From Lingula anatina (lineage: Eukaryota > Animalia > Brachiopoda), in NCBI GenBank assembly GCA_051362555.1, contig CM120640.1, positions 32,879,967 through 32,943,966 on the forward strand: DNA of 64,000 nucleotides. The letters are read 5' to 3'. Every line of letters starts with the position of its first letter. The first letter of the stretch is position 1. Under the pieces are notes generated by a model. It saw only the letters and a program-made list of their open reading frames with translations. It searched no databases and was not told the origin of the DNA. Shown here piece after piece: positions 1-13,503 of this stretch. Both the position numbers and the translations under genes were made by a program.

Positions 1-205
1 ATTAAGTGGCTAACTGGGGTATGAGATTAAAATCTTGAACACTGGAATTTATCAATTCAGAATGGAATATGTGGTAAAGGTGCATGTCAACGATATTTAT
101 TGATTTACTGAATTTCAAACTGATCACATTTCTTCCAAATGGAAATAAGCATACAAAGTTCCAATGTCTTCTATACTTTCAATGCAACATCTGTTTCCTC
201 TTCAG

Positions 206-334
206 GGAGCCATGAAGACCATGTACCGTGCTTTGAACAACAGCCCCAAGCTAATGTTGGAGCCAGTTGGGGCCTCTTCTCTTGCCCAGCGCCGGGGGAA
301 GAATAAACCACGTTTAAACTCTACTGAAGTATAA
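206..334 (+). CDS. RPS6KA: Terminal coding exon of p90 ribosomal S6 kinase (RSK, RPS6KA1/2/3/6 family); rest of gene is upstream of the window
   Basis: Acceptor tttcctcttcag ends at 205. Exon reads GAMKTMYRALNNSPKLMLEPVGASSLAQRRGKNKPRLNSTEV*, matching the RSK C-terminus (human RSK2 GAMAATYSALN...LEPVGRSTLAQRRG...STAL), with the ERK-docking LAQRR motif and a class I PDZ-binding end (T-E-V). Confidence 0.93.
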   Translation, partial: GAMKTMYRALNNSPKLMLEPVGASSLAQRRGKNKPRLNSTEV

Positions 335-3300
335 ATACTCCACAGGCAAGTATGTGGACTTGCAATACACACTTCTTAGACCATCAGTTGTAGAACAAAG
401 TCCGAGTTGACATGTGAGGCACTGTAGGAGACAGGAGAATGAAGGACTGCTGGCCTTGTATTAGGATATATGCTTTATAGATTCTGTTATCAAACACTAT
501 GATAACTTGTGCTGTGATTTAGAGGGAGATCATTATAGACCATCAGTAAGGCTTGTAGACATCCTTTAAAAGACATTTGCAAGCTGATCAACTTGTGCTT
601 TCCAATATCCAATCTGTGAAGGGCAATGATACTTGCTACAGCCAGTTGGAGATGTTGGTCTGTGATTGGATAGACTGTTCAACAGATTTATGAAAACTGA
701 CCAGTAGAATCAAGTGTGTAATTTTGGGATCAACAGATCTGTTGTTCCAGAAGGACACGACTCACCTGTTTTCTTTGCACAGCGAAATAAAGACATAAAA
801 ATGAATCTAGATTTCACAAAGACTGATTATCTTTTATTTTTCTCCCTGCACTAGTTTCTTTACAAAAAATATCTATATTGTAGTATTTAGTCATTAAATT
901 GTCAAAATTATTAATTGATATGAATTGATGATTGTGGGGTTCACACATCATGTAGTGCTTTAATTTTGAATAAATTTGAATTGCTATGAAGTATTAACTA
1001 ACCATATAATCATTGATATTAAGGGAATGAATTTTTTTAAAATCAATTATTGAAAAAATCCTATATTAGTCTAGTATGGTCACAGTGACATTTTTTAACA
1101 CGAGAATTGTATCAACTAATGGAAATGCTGCATAATTCAGTGGAGCCTTAATTATAACAGTATCGAAGTGCTCTTTTTGGTTTATGTTGTAAGGGATTAG
1201 ATGCATGTTTTGAAGAAGAGAACTACAAAGTACATTTACTTGACCTCATAATAACAATGTTGTTATTACATATAAAGGTAATAATAGTACATTTCCTGTA
1301 CATGCCCCTTATTGTACTCTATTAGGCTGCAATTGAGATATACCTATAAAGACATTGTACAAATGATGTACATAATATTGAAATTATAGCCAGTTGATAC
1401 TTCAGTCAGGAGAAATATATATCTATTTGCATTTTGAATAATAAACACTACAGCACTGTCATAATGACAAAATGTTGTGCCTTTGTACTGCTATGTGAGG
1501 TTGGGCCGAGCTCAAGAGGGAGTCTTCGTAGACTGGTAACTTAGGATGCTTCTTACTTATTCAATTTAGCAGTAACAGAAGATAAAACCTTTGTGTGTAA
1601 CACTGAGTTAGTCTCTTTTTGCAGAAGTATATGTTTGTAAAATGTTATAAAATTGATTTGTTGTCTTGTTATATAGCTGTATATTGAGTACAATTTTTCT
1701 CGAAAGTTGTAAGATCTTATTATTATCATCATTATTATTAATTTTTTGACAACCTTTTTTTTTTGTACTGGAGCTTCCACTTTGTTTTTCATATCTAAGA
1801 AGCCAGTATAAAGATAGAAGCTGGAAATGTTGCCAACTAGTTTTTCTTTTTTGAAATTTGGAAAATTTGCCAAAACATTACATGTTATATATGTGTATGT
1901 TAACAACCTTTCTTCTTTATTGACCAAGCTTTTTTGTCTTACCATAACTGCCAGTTATAGTGTGTGCATTAAATAAAAAAAAGGAAGAAAATAAAAACAG
2001 CTGCAATTTAGAAGTAAAAATATTGTTATTACAGTGTTCATTTAACTTCATTTTCAACTTGCACATTTCACTGCCAAAAGGTTTTTTCCAGAGATTTGAG
2101 AGAGTAAATGCCCAAGACAGTTGAAAGTCTGAATCTTTATCATACGGTATCTTTTACAAAATGCATCAGCACCATACTATTTGAGTTTTAGATTTTGAAA
2201 CATGTTGGTTGATATTGAGCTAAGATGAAGTTGTGAACAATTGGACATAAGCGTATTACAAGGAACACAGGATCTATACATATTACATTTTGAGTTTTTT
2301 TCATCATGTCACCCTGTTAAGTATGATGGAGATCTCCTATAAGTCGTTATACCATAGATCTGGCATCAGTGCTGTTTAAGCAATAATTCCTCTACATTAA
2401 CCTCTTAAAGATTAATAGACTATTGTTTGTATATACCTATATCACCACTTCATTTCACACCCTTTGTATCTTAGCATGGTGTAATGAAATATAGAATATA
2501 GCATTCAAAGTATGTAGATATGTAGTTCATTATATATATATTCTGTATCTATTGCTCTATGGCAGAGGTGCTTGGGGAAGCAATAGCCTGGTGTATGCTT
2601 TTTGTCCTTTCTAGAATGTACACATATTTACTACTCCTACTTCTACTATTAAACACATTTATGTCTACAGAAAGATTCAGAATAAACTATATTTTCATTT
2701 CAGAATTTTGTTTTTGTGTATTGAAATTATGAAAGGGATATCAACTGTTGTATGAGATTCATATTTCACAATAGTATATATTAAATTCCATTTTACCACC
2801 AAATCTATAGTTATTGCAGTCATTCTGGAATCTGTGCTTCCCATCTGACCACATGGATCTTTTGAAGAGATTATAACAAAAAAAAAAGTTTTTTAGAAAA
2901 AAACATGGACTGACTTTGAATGTAGGAATGGATTCATTAACTATTGTTAAGTTTGGAAAAATCATCCTTTATCCCTGAAAAATGCTTTTTTGACCAAAGT
3001 TGTTATAATCCCTTTAAACAATCAACTGGCTGTAATCTTTAGTTTGGATAGATTCCTTAATATGAAGTGGACGTCACTTTAACATTACTTCAACTGCTCT
3101 GCTTGAAGTGTCTGATAGTTATTTATTACAAAATAATCTTTTTTTTTTTATTTATTTCTCTTATTTACAAAGGGCTAATGCATTTTCACCACATAGCAAT
3201 TTGCTATTACACCTTCCCACACTGTTAAAGAGGAGCAATACAGAAGCAATAATTTATGTATAATGAACCAAAATATAAATGCATGAATCCAAAGTTTTGA

Positions 3301-4160
3301 GTGAAAATGTTCTAACTAACATGAAATGTTCTCAAATTTATGTGTTAATTTTGTGTATTGATTAGTTTTTGCTCAAATCAACTGGTTTAGTTGTATTTGG
3401 CCTCTCCCACTGAGCATACACCCAGTTTGAGTATTTCCATCCACTAGGGAAGTGGACAAACTTGGATTACTGACCACTGTGAACTCAGACCATTGACCCC
3501 CTCTGTGCTATTGATGCCATTGCTCTGGGATTATTGATTTAAAATTGACTGTAAATTCCACAAATTAAATCTTAGTCGTGTTGTTTTTGCTGACCATACA
3601 TTGTTGATAATTATTTCAGAATATATCATTTTTTCTTCATATATGCTTATTTTGGTTCAGTATAATTGGATTAAAGACATCCCCTTTTCGAAGCAGTCAA
3701 ATTGGACTGTTAAACAACCATTCTTGTATTTTCCTAATCTCTGGCTGTTTAACAGTTAGCGACTGTGACTGATTAAGGAACTAATGACACTGCATTTACC
3801 TGATGAGGAAGGAGACCAGACGCATACTCTTTTTTCTGGCAGAAAACCTCATCCTTTGATTGTAAAATTTCCATGAATGAAGGAAATAGATTCAAGTTCT
3901 TCCTACTATTTTGGGATATGATACCTAACAAGACAATTGAACCCTAATGAAATCTGAAATCTGTAAATAAACTAAATATAACACCAATGTAACACAAAGG
4001 TGCTTGATTATAATCACACCTTCCCTGGATCTCTAATCAAAATAATTAACTACTTTGTATATCCATTAAGTTATGCATATCAGCAGTTAGTTGATCGGCA
4101 GCCTGGAAGAGTTACCAGTTACAAGGTTGGAGGATTGAACAATACAAAAACTGAGTGGAT

Positions 4161-4411
4161 GGGCTCATTTCTATTGAACTATCAATCTACATAGATCGAT
4201 CCAATTTGCATGTACTCTTGATTGCAATTAATTTAGCACATTAACATACCTCCTCTTATTTCCAACATACTCTTATAATCACCAGGTTTTCTGTATTCTA
4301 CTCAACACATGAAGGAGGCATGTTAATCTATTACACTGATTGCATTCAGCAAGGTGTCCTGCGGAGTTGGATCGATCTACGTAGACTGATAGTTTCAATG
4401 GGAATGAGCCC
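4161..4411. mobile_element. MITE, family A copy 1 (long imperfect TIRs, possibly PIF/Harbinger-like)
   Basis: Left end gggctcatttctattgaactatcaatctacatagatcgatccaa is the near reverse complement of right end ttggatcgatctacgtagactgatagtttcaatgggaatgagccc. A second diverged copy lies at 33768-34010 in opposite orientation. Confidence 0.8.
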
Positions 4412-4640
4412 TGGTATGATAGTCAAACCAAGACTGGTCATACTATGTGCTCGGCTTTTCTCTGTTCGACACTTTGAGAAGTTTGAGAGTTGGAATCAGG
4501 ATCTTCAGACTGCATTTAGGTAAGTTAAAAAATGTTTATATTTATTAAATATACATAAATAAACGTATATTGTCTCATTTTGAGCCCCAGCATTAAGTGG
4601 ACACATTTTACATAAGGCGTTCACTGCAGGTCTGCATTGG

Positions 4641-4931
4641 CAGTGGCGGATTTAGGGGGAGGGGGTCAGGGGGGTCCTGACCGCCCCCCCTCCCCTTTGA
4701 TTTCTGAAATAAAAAATCACACCAATTGTCCCCTCTTGAAATTAGAATTTTGACCAGCTGAATCATAGTTCTAAAGCGTACCAAATGGCAACGGTTGCCT
4801 TCTAAAATACCAAAAAATTTCAGAGCCCTTCAGCAGGCCCTGCACCCCACGCCAAGGGGGGCTGCTTTGCATGCGAGCTATTCATTGCTAAAAACTAGAC
4901 CTCCCTTCAAATAATCCTGGATTTGCCCCTG
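4641..4931. mobile_element. Non-autonomous hAT-like element (CAGTGGCGGATTTAGG ... CCTGGATTTGCCCCTG termini)
   Basis: About 16-bp imperfect TIRs beginning with CAG and G/C-run subtermini. A related shorter element is at 32162-32322. No 8-bp TSD recognisable. Confidence 0.65.
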
Positions 4932-7900
4932 ATTAACATAACAATCTTTTGTATCAGTGATTGGGAGTGACTTCATTGCAATTGAGAAGGACAGGCATTA
5001 ATTTTATAAGTATTTTATAAGATATCTTTAATCTTTCTTTCAACATCAACCCCAGGATACTGCAACAGTTTTTAGATTATTGCCATTTCAAATCCATATG
5101 ACAAATGGATATTTCATGAAAGAACATCTTTATGCAGTTATTTTTAGTAGATTTGGAGTTAAAAGATGGGCAGATATAATCTGGTTGTTTATTTGGAAAG
5201 CAAGTCTGTGACCTGGTTGTGGATGTAGTGAGATTACATTAGACGTTGACTCCATTTTCTGCGTGGATCCTAAGTTTGTACACTACTTGTCAGGGGAACA
5301 TCACCCACAGGGTACATTTCAAAACAGCCACAAATGTTTCCAAAATTATTTTTCACATGGAACCTGCCCAATAGGCAGTATCTGCATATATGATGAGTTC
5401 TTTTGTTGCTTTGCTTGGAGGCAAATATCTTTATATCTTGTGTAGTTAATTTAGACATATTTCCTGCTTGGCACAAAGACCTTTATAGATAGGAACTACC
5501 TCTTGGAAAGCATGTTGCTTGGGGATTTAGCTTTGATTTGGTAATGATAAAATGAATGTTAGGCTTGCACGCAAAATTGCTGTTGGTGGAATTTTGAGAA
5601 GATCCCCGCCCAATCCCCCACGATGAAAATCCCTTTGTGTATTCGCAGTTTGTCATATTCTTGTCAATTGTGGCTGGAAAGGGTGTCTTGAGAACGGCAC
5701 TGTGCTGTCCATCATGGAGGAAATGCTTCAAAGTAAGCCTTGGTCTAACATTATGCTAATTGTAAATAATACTTTTGTTATTTTAACATCAGGATCATAC
5801 AGCTATATATGGTTTGGACAATTTATTTTTCAAAGCGCTCAGTTTTTCACTTCTGGAACATAAATATTTCACAATCTGAAGTTGGTTGGACTGCTTTGCA
5901 AAACTCTAAATGTTAGACGCCCATTTTTTGGAACACTTATTTAGGCCCCAAAGCTCAAAACGGAATAATGAAATTTAAAAAAATACCAATAATAGGTATT
6001 CTGAAAATAATATTTCAGCAGAAACACTGATCAGAAGTGAAAGCACAATATAAGGCATGTGTTAGAACACGTGACATTTGACAACAGTTGCTGCATGCCC
6101 ATGAAATGTGCCATTCTTGTTACTGTAGGCACTAATGGGATGTAGGAAGGTAGGAAGGTAGGGGATCAGCATTTACTGGAAATCCATTTTGTTGCATTCT
6201 TTTTGGGGCATTTGCATTTCATGGAAATTATATGACCATAATGTAAAGAAAACAATATTTGCTTGAAAATTCTTCTACAGTTTAAGTCAACTTTGATGTG
6301 GATGTAATTGTTCTGTTATCTATAATATGTCTTTAAAAAGATCTAAGTTTACCTTAAGGCATACCTTGTTTATTCTATTTATATCCATCAATACATCTAG
6401 TTATTTACATTTGTCTTATATTAATTATTTGGAGAAAAATTAGTTATTTTATTAAGATATGAATGCTATCATGAACAGTGAGAGTTGTATGTCATAAGCT
6501 ACCTTTTCACCTTTATCGAAATGAAAAAGCTGATATGTCAGTAAGAGTTTTAATGGATAACCACAGAGTGGAATGCAAGGAAATACTTGATTTGGAATCA
6601 CGCATGTTTTTTTAAGTCATGGCACACAATTTGTACTAAGCATAGCAAGTGATGTTCTTACAATTTTCAAAAAACAAATGTCCGCTTTCAAAATTGGGAA
6701 GTCACCTTTTTGATTTGTTAGCCACGTCAATTGTACATGAAATTCAGCTGTATGTCCTCAATTATACATTTATAAGCTTACTTTATTTTGCTAATTTCTG
6801 TTTGCTCACATGTCATTGTGATTTGGAGAGTCATAGATTAGAATCCAGGCTATGTCTTTACGTGCGAACTCCCGTAATCACTCCAATTAGGGCTTCAGTT
6901 CATACAAACTCTCTGAGTTCAAGGCTGAACAGCTGAAGCAAGGTCTGATTGCCCTACAGCTTTACAAGTGTGGATAGGCAGAAAAGATATAAACTAAGTA
7001 AATTTCTTATAATATGTCACTCATTGTTAGAAAAACATTTACACAAGGTGCAATAATTTCAGCCTTGTTGTGTGACGTGAAGGTAATCTGTCTTTTGTGA
7101 CCCCTACCAGGCAACTAACTCAAAGGCTTCAGGAGACTTTGTCCACCTGCATTACTATTGCCCCAAATTCCAGCAATCAACTCTTTAGTGTACTCCACTC
7201 TGGGAGGTGAGTGTGGTTCCCCGTCAGTCATACCAGACTGCCAGTACATTAGCACAGGTAAATGCTTCATAGGACCTGGGATTGTACTCAAAAGTTGTTG
7301 TATCAAGAGAAAATTGTTTGCTTTATAGAGCACTGGTTTCAAATGAATTATGAATGATAACAAATGACAACAGGGGAGAGCCTGCAAGAAAACATTGTCA
7401 GTTTGCAATCCTCTGAGACGAGAGTATTCAAAATTGTGATGATAGCGTTGGTGGGATCCTTGTGAGACTAATTGAGCCACTGGGGGCAAAAAATTTGTAG
7501 TGTGAAAACAAATTCTCTGTGGTGTTGTATTAATTATGAGATTGAGAGAATTACTTAGACATTAATGATTATGACTTTGACACTGGTCAGAATGTTTTTA
7601 GAGTGAGGAGTTGGAATGCTTTTGATTGCTACATTAGATACATTACCAGATCACATAACTGTTATTGTTGTATTGAAAAACACTTCTGAAAACACAGTTA
7701 CGTTAAACCTGACCTCTGACGTGGACTTCATGACGACAGTGTTCTTCTTGTAAGCCGTCAGCAGCAAGATAGTGGCTTGCATCTCAGCAGTTCCAGCAAA
7801 GCGAACTAAGTGTTTGAAGGAGAAGCTGATCGTTCTCTCTGACAGATTGCCAGTTACTTATACAACCTCTGTGCTTGCAGCAAAGCACATTGCCATCGCG

Positions 7901-10900
7901 CCTCAGGGAAAGGAAGCTGCACAAATATATGCTGTACCTTACAAGCTGGTTCTTAGAAACAGGTAAACTGTTTTGCCAATATATGTAAATATATATATAA
8001 TATTTTGTATCCAAGGTTGCCTGTAGCTTCTTTTTTGATGTCCAACCAGGCACTCCAGACACTGACTTTTTATGATGCAAGTCTGAGAAGACTGCTGGAT
8101 TTCTGTCAAAACAAGTTGTATATGACATAAATCTCTGGAGTTTGATAAACTTGCTTAAAAGATTATTTTATCATTATGAGAAAGGGGGTTTACACCTAAG
8201 GAATAGCTGATTTTAATTTTTCTCTTTGATGCATGGTTAATTTCTAGTGCTGCTCCATGAACAATTTTGTAATTGTCTAGGTTACTATTTTGTCTTTATA
8301 TTTTTTTATCATTTTTTTAAAGTGAATTTTTCATGATTTCCACAATTATGTGAGATTGCTTATGGCCATGTAATTATTTGAAATCACAAACGAAAAAAAA
8401 ATTGAACAGAGGCTTTTGCACACATATATAAGGTACTGAAACTTGGCAAGTTTTTTAATGACATTTGTATCTTCACCTTAAGACCTTTTATTCCGTCTTG
8501 ATCTTTTTACTCTCAAGTCACTTGTTATCATCAATCACAGCATTGCAGATGAACTTTTAAATGATGTGCATGAATGCTAGCTATAACAGGGTTTCTTACT
8601 TTCAGGAAATTTTTGAAATTGATAAAGGACGCAAAATCAGTTCTCTGTTCAGTCGTATGAAAGCATGTGGAGAAAAAATCGCTAGAGGAATTCATTTGCT
8701 TTTAATTGAGTAATAATCAATACAAGTTGTAGAAGAAGAGCACTACTGAAAGTATCTTCATTATCTGTTGCTACTCTGTAAGGCCCATCACTTTCTGATA
8801 AATCAGAATTGAATATGTACTGCCCATGGTAGGTTTTAATGAACAGATAAATGATTGGTAAGCTGTAGCGATATATTTCCTGCACCATGACAGCAATGTA
8901 CATGAGATCTCATGTACCAGGCATTTGAGCAGGAAGTATCATTAGGCACATTCTGTGCAGACAGTAGCCAGACTTTAAAAGAAATCCAAGAAAAGGGGAA
9001 ATTGTTTAAGTTCAAAACAATATATAACAAGGAAATGGCCAGGTGAGAACTTTAATTTCTGGGTCTTATTGGTTTTATCACTTACGTTAGCCTTTCAAAC
9101 CTACTAGTCAGTGCATCAAGTGTCAAAGTGCAACTTTGATTAATAGTTTGAAGCTTTGAAGGATCCAGAGAAAATGCCTCGAGTGGAGAAATAAAAACAT
9201 CCCCACCCAATAAAAAATAAAAACATCTTGTAATATATAAAAAAAGCCATTGGTTTGAGTTCACCATAAAAAATATCAAATTATGTTTGCTCAGCTAAAG
9301 ATATTACAATGCAATTTGTTACATGAAAAAGTTTAGTGGAATATTTTTTGCAAAAATTTTTAAAAACAAGTTAGTAGGGATGATATTATCCAGAGGGAAT
9401 GATAATCTAAATCTAATCTTTCTTTTTCTAACTTGACAGCAGGACATGTGTTTTGCATGCCTCCTTGAGGCTGATCCCCAGGAAAAGATGGATTGAATTA
9501 TGTTTGCAGTGATACTTTGATCTATCTGGACTCTATCTCACCTTTTGGTGTTAAGGGCGTCTTGAAGTGAGACTTACAAGAACAGAGTGTAAAATATTGT
9601 CACTGCTTGATGTATCTAATTCATTTACTGAAAAGGTGTTATTTTCCAAAATGACTACTCTTTAAATCAATAGTTTAACAGAAAATAGTAGTTATAACAG
9701 GAAAAAGACTTTTCTTGTACATTTTGTTTGAAGTTGTTTTTGTGTTGGAATTAAGTGTAGAAATTTTACTTCAACATATTTAAGAAACAGATAATTTGAA
9801 AGTGGGAAGAATTTTTTGAGGCAATTTGTTACAGTCACAGAAGATTATGAAAGTTTTGTCTACAATTTGGGTCTTTTCCAACAAAGATAAATATAGTATG
9901 TTGGAAGTAATAAGAAATTACAGAAAGTTTTGATTTGTTATGTAGTCTTCTTTTTACTAAATTTCAAAGTTAAGCTGTCTTAATGGCCACAGGAAAGTGA
10001 CAACAATGATAGTGCAGCAATGTCTTCCAAATGTTTTGCTTAAAGATAGAAAGTTAGGTAAATATAAAAATATTTTAGCAATTGACATGGCCAATTTCCT
10101 TCATTGTGATGAAAAGGCCTTCATTTAGATAATATGTTAGTACTCTCTGAATCCATGAAGTTGATGTGTGTGCAAGTTCTGGACATCTAGGGTAAACAAT
10201 GCACTATTTACAGTGACCTGGACATGTTTTTGTTTGCATTCCACAACCAGAAAAGTACAACACTTATGAAAATTTGAACTGTTTCTGTAAGGTGCATGCA
10301 GTACTTAAGGGCTGATTATTATACATTTTGGTTTGGCAGGTGTGCCAGGTTTAAGTACATGACAGTGATGTAACCTTGGCTTTCTCTGGGAGGTTGTGGT
10401 CCAAGTGCTTGGTAGCCAGTAGTTAAATGCTAAATATGGGGATGAGGATATGAAGTACTTTAATTAAAGCATAGCCAAAGGAGCTTCAGGGTTGAGTTGC
10501 ACGAATCAGCACTCTGTTTACTACAAAGGTGAGTGGAAACTGGAAATGAAATTTTACAACACGGAAAAAAAAAACTTGTTGCTTACATGAAAGGCAATGG
10601 CAAGCATTTAACCTGGCCAGGAAGTGCAAGCATAAATCCACCCAAAAAACAATTTGTCCTTGTGTGAGTTTTATTATGCCCTGGGGATATTGCAAGAAAG
10701 AAATCGACATAGTTTCCTTATGTATGTGGATTAAACATGGGCATGGTCTCAGTTAATTCCTTTGACCAGTCACACAGTCCGATTTAGACAGACATTTGCC
10801 TTCAGCACTAGTCTGCTGACACAGAGGTTATACCCACTCATTCTCCTACACTTCTAAAAAAAGTAGAGAGAAAGCGAGTAGCATTTTTGAACTTTTAGGA

Positions 10901-13289
10901 ATGCACGAGGGGGGATTTCGTAGAGTTCCTGTTGTATTCTATATTTTTGTTTGGTTATGCCTATGATGACTGTGCCATTGAAGCTTTTCACTTCAAAGGG
11001 GAATTTTTGCATTTGAACCAGCCCTGGCTCCAGGTTGACAGCAGTTTGATGAGGGGATCCACATTTGTCAAGCATTAAGTGCATCATTAATCAGACCAGT
11101 AGAAAATAATGGCCTCTTAATGGCTCAAAGCACAATATAAAAATAAAAATTCTGTTAGGAAATATTTAAAATCTAATGAATTTTCATTTGCGATGTTTTT
11201 AATGAAGCATGCATTGTAATGGTTGCTAGCATGGAGGAAAGTGTTATGGATAAGGCATGTATGATAATGGATTTGGGGAAAGCAAAATAATTCTATGAAC
11301 TAACAAAATATGTTTTCTGGCTGGTATAAAAACATACATCTAACGTGCACACCTTCATAATTTTAGAACAGGTGTTAAAATAATTGTCATGAAGGAAGCC
11401 ATTAGTAACTTCACTGTTAACACCTTGTGGACTTATTACAGATGTGTGAGAGATGCTAATCCTGATGTTGACTTGAACATAGTACAATTCAGTTCATTGT
11501 TAGTGTAGCCGTCAGTGCAGTGCACGTAGTTTCTCCCTTTACTGCAGTAGCCTCCCAGGACACTGTAAAAGGTAATGACTTCTTCCAACTATCTTTGATA
11601 TCATTTTCTTGTTATAATGACTGTATAATGACGGTATAAAGAGATATGACAACATCATCAGTTGTGGTATGTTTATATATGTACTATTCATAATTTAGAG
11701 GGTTTGATCGCAAGTAAGTGTCACCCTGGGTTTGACATTTTAAACGAGAAAGACCAAACAATTATTATTTTGATCAATAGTATTTTATTTAAATAGAAAA
11801 GGCATATGATAATAAGTACCATGTTCAAAAATATAAAAAGAAAGTAAACTTTCTTACCATTAACCTTTGCAGCAGCATTTTACTGAAACTACTTTATTGG
11901 AAAACTAATACATATGTTAATAATAAGGATGGGACTAAGAAGGAACAAGGAAATTGTTCCTCTGCAAGCCCCACTCCTAGTCTCATGAACAATTTTAATA
12001 AAAAACATTAGTCAGGTGTTAATTGGTGGTGCACAGGTGGAATGCTTTAGATTAATCAGCAGCAAATTGACTAAATAACTATATTTATGCATATGGAAAT
12101 ATACATGTATATATACGCCTCCCCTTAACTTGAATAGTAGAGCAGATGACCATCTTAACAACATGAAGGGTTAATTGCTGTTAGTATTCTACAAGGAGCG
12201 GGAAGTAAGAATATGAAACCCCTAGACTTGGCCCAAAATGTTCATGAACAGGTAATTGTTCCTTTCACATTTTGTAACTTTATTTATTTTTTAATTGTTA
12301 ATTATTGTGTTGAAAATTGGTGGAATGTAATAAGGTGTGATAAAAAGCATAGGTACACAGGGAGTATTCATATAAACCTCTGTTTCCTCCGTTTAATTCT
12401 GAAAGAAAGTAAATATTCATTAGTAAAAATCTAAAAGTTGTTCTTGATTTGAAGTCATCTGAATGGTTGTTGAAAAAACATGAAATCTTGGCTGCCTTTC
12501 CGTCTGAACAAACTTGACTTCGATTGTATGCAAAATATGCTCACTTTGTAAGTAAGGCAGCGCAATAGATTTTCTTTGAATTGTTTCCAAAGTCAGTTGC
12601 TCTCTTGTAAGGATCAAAGGCAAGTAGTCAGCAGTTCTCCCTCATCTTCTACCTCTTCAACGTGCAACATGTTGTTTGAAAACTGCACCTTTGGCACTTA
12701 AATATTTGTGGTGATCGTTTGCTTGCAGTCTTAGTGATCGACTGAATGATGCTGGAAGCTACTTAATTGTGCCCAGCCATATCTGTCAAATTAACTGGAG
12801 AATGGATTAGCAATATGAATTCATCATATGTGCAAACAGTAGCCAATAGACAAAGCAGAGCCCAAGCAGGCCACCCTTTGGTTGGACAGTGACACGTTTC
12901 TGGCGTTTCATTAATAAATGAGATCAATCAGTATTTTTTCTTTGCATGTTAACAGCCAAAAAATATCACCCATCATTTATAGGTATTTTGACTTTTATGA
13001 ATGAATACATGGTCCACATTTCTGTGAAACATTTGTACAAGAGGGAAGTAACATTTTGAAATAAGCAAGCATTGCAACAAACATTCAGCATTTGGGTACA
13101 AGTCAACATAAAAAAAGATTAATAACAATGCAGATGACTGCACAAAACATGCCAAATTTCGGTAGGAGGTCTTTCTATTCTTCACAAATATAATTAAGGT
13201 AGAAAGCTTTCTATAGGTCATTAATTTACCTGTAAACATGGGTGCAATGCTGCCAGTGGCTTGCAGGAGGTCTTTTACACTTAGCGAAA

Positions 13290-13503
13290 TAAAGAGACGT
13301 CAATGAAAAAACTCCCGTAAAGGTGGCAGTGGTCCTCAATGGCCCCCCTGCATGAAGACCTCTAGGCAGCTTAAACTCTCCCTCTACTGTGGCATGTTTG
13401 ACTCGCTAATATAAAATCACACTAAATAACAGAATAGAGCAGCAAAAGTTGAAACTGTTGAAGCAGCACTTTGTTTGCAAACAAACATATAAGAGAGGTA
13501 AGA
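13290..13503 (+). promoter_or_regulatory. Candidate TATA promoter and short non-coding first exon for the jeb-like gene
   Basis: CRE-like gacgtca near 13297, TATAAAA at 13410-13416, strong donor gag|gtaaga at 13498. A downstream acceptor (ctttttccttcag, ending 16786) opens the exon carrying the jeb ATG. Inference only; other donors exist in the region. Confidence 0.35.

Noticed and set aside
1553-1945. 130-aa minus-strand ORF and most other 60-130 aa ORFs in the track
   Set aside because: They lie in AT-rich UTR or intron sequence, are rich in F/L/I/K, often start at non-ATG codons, and have no recognisable motif or splice support.
12321-12340. tggaatgtaataaggtgtg resembles miR-1/206
   Set aside because: No complementary arm at pre-miRNA distance; only the seed region matches.
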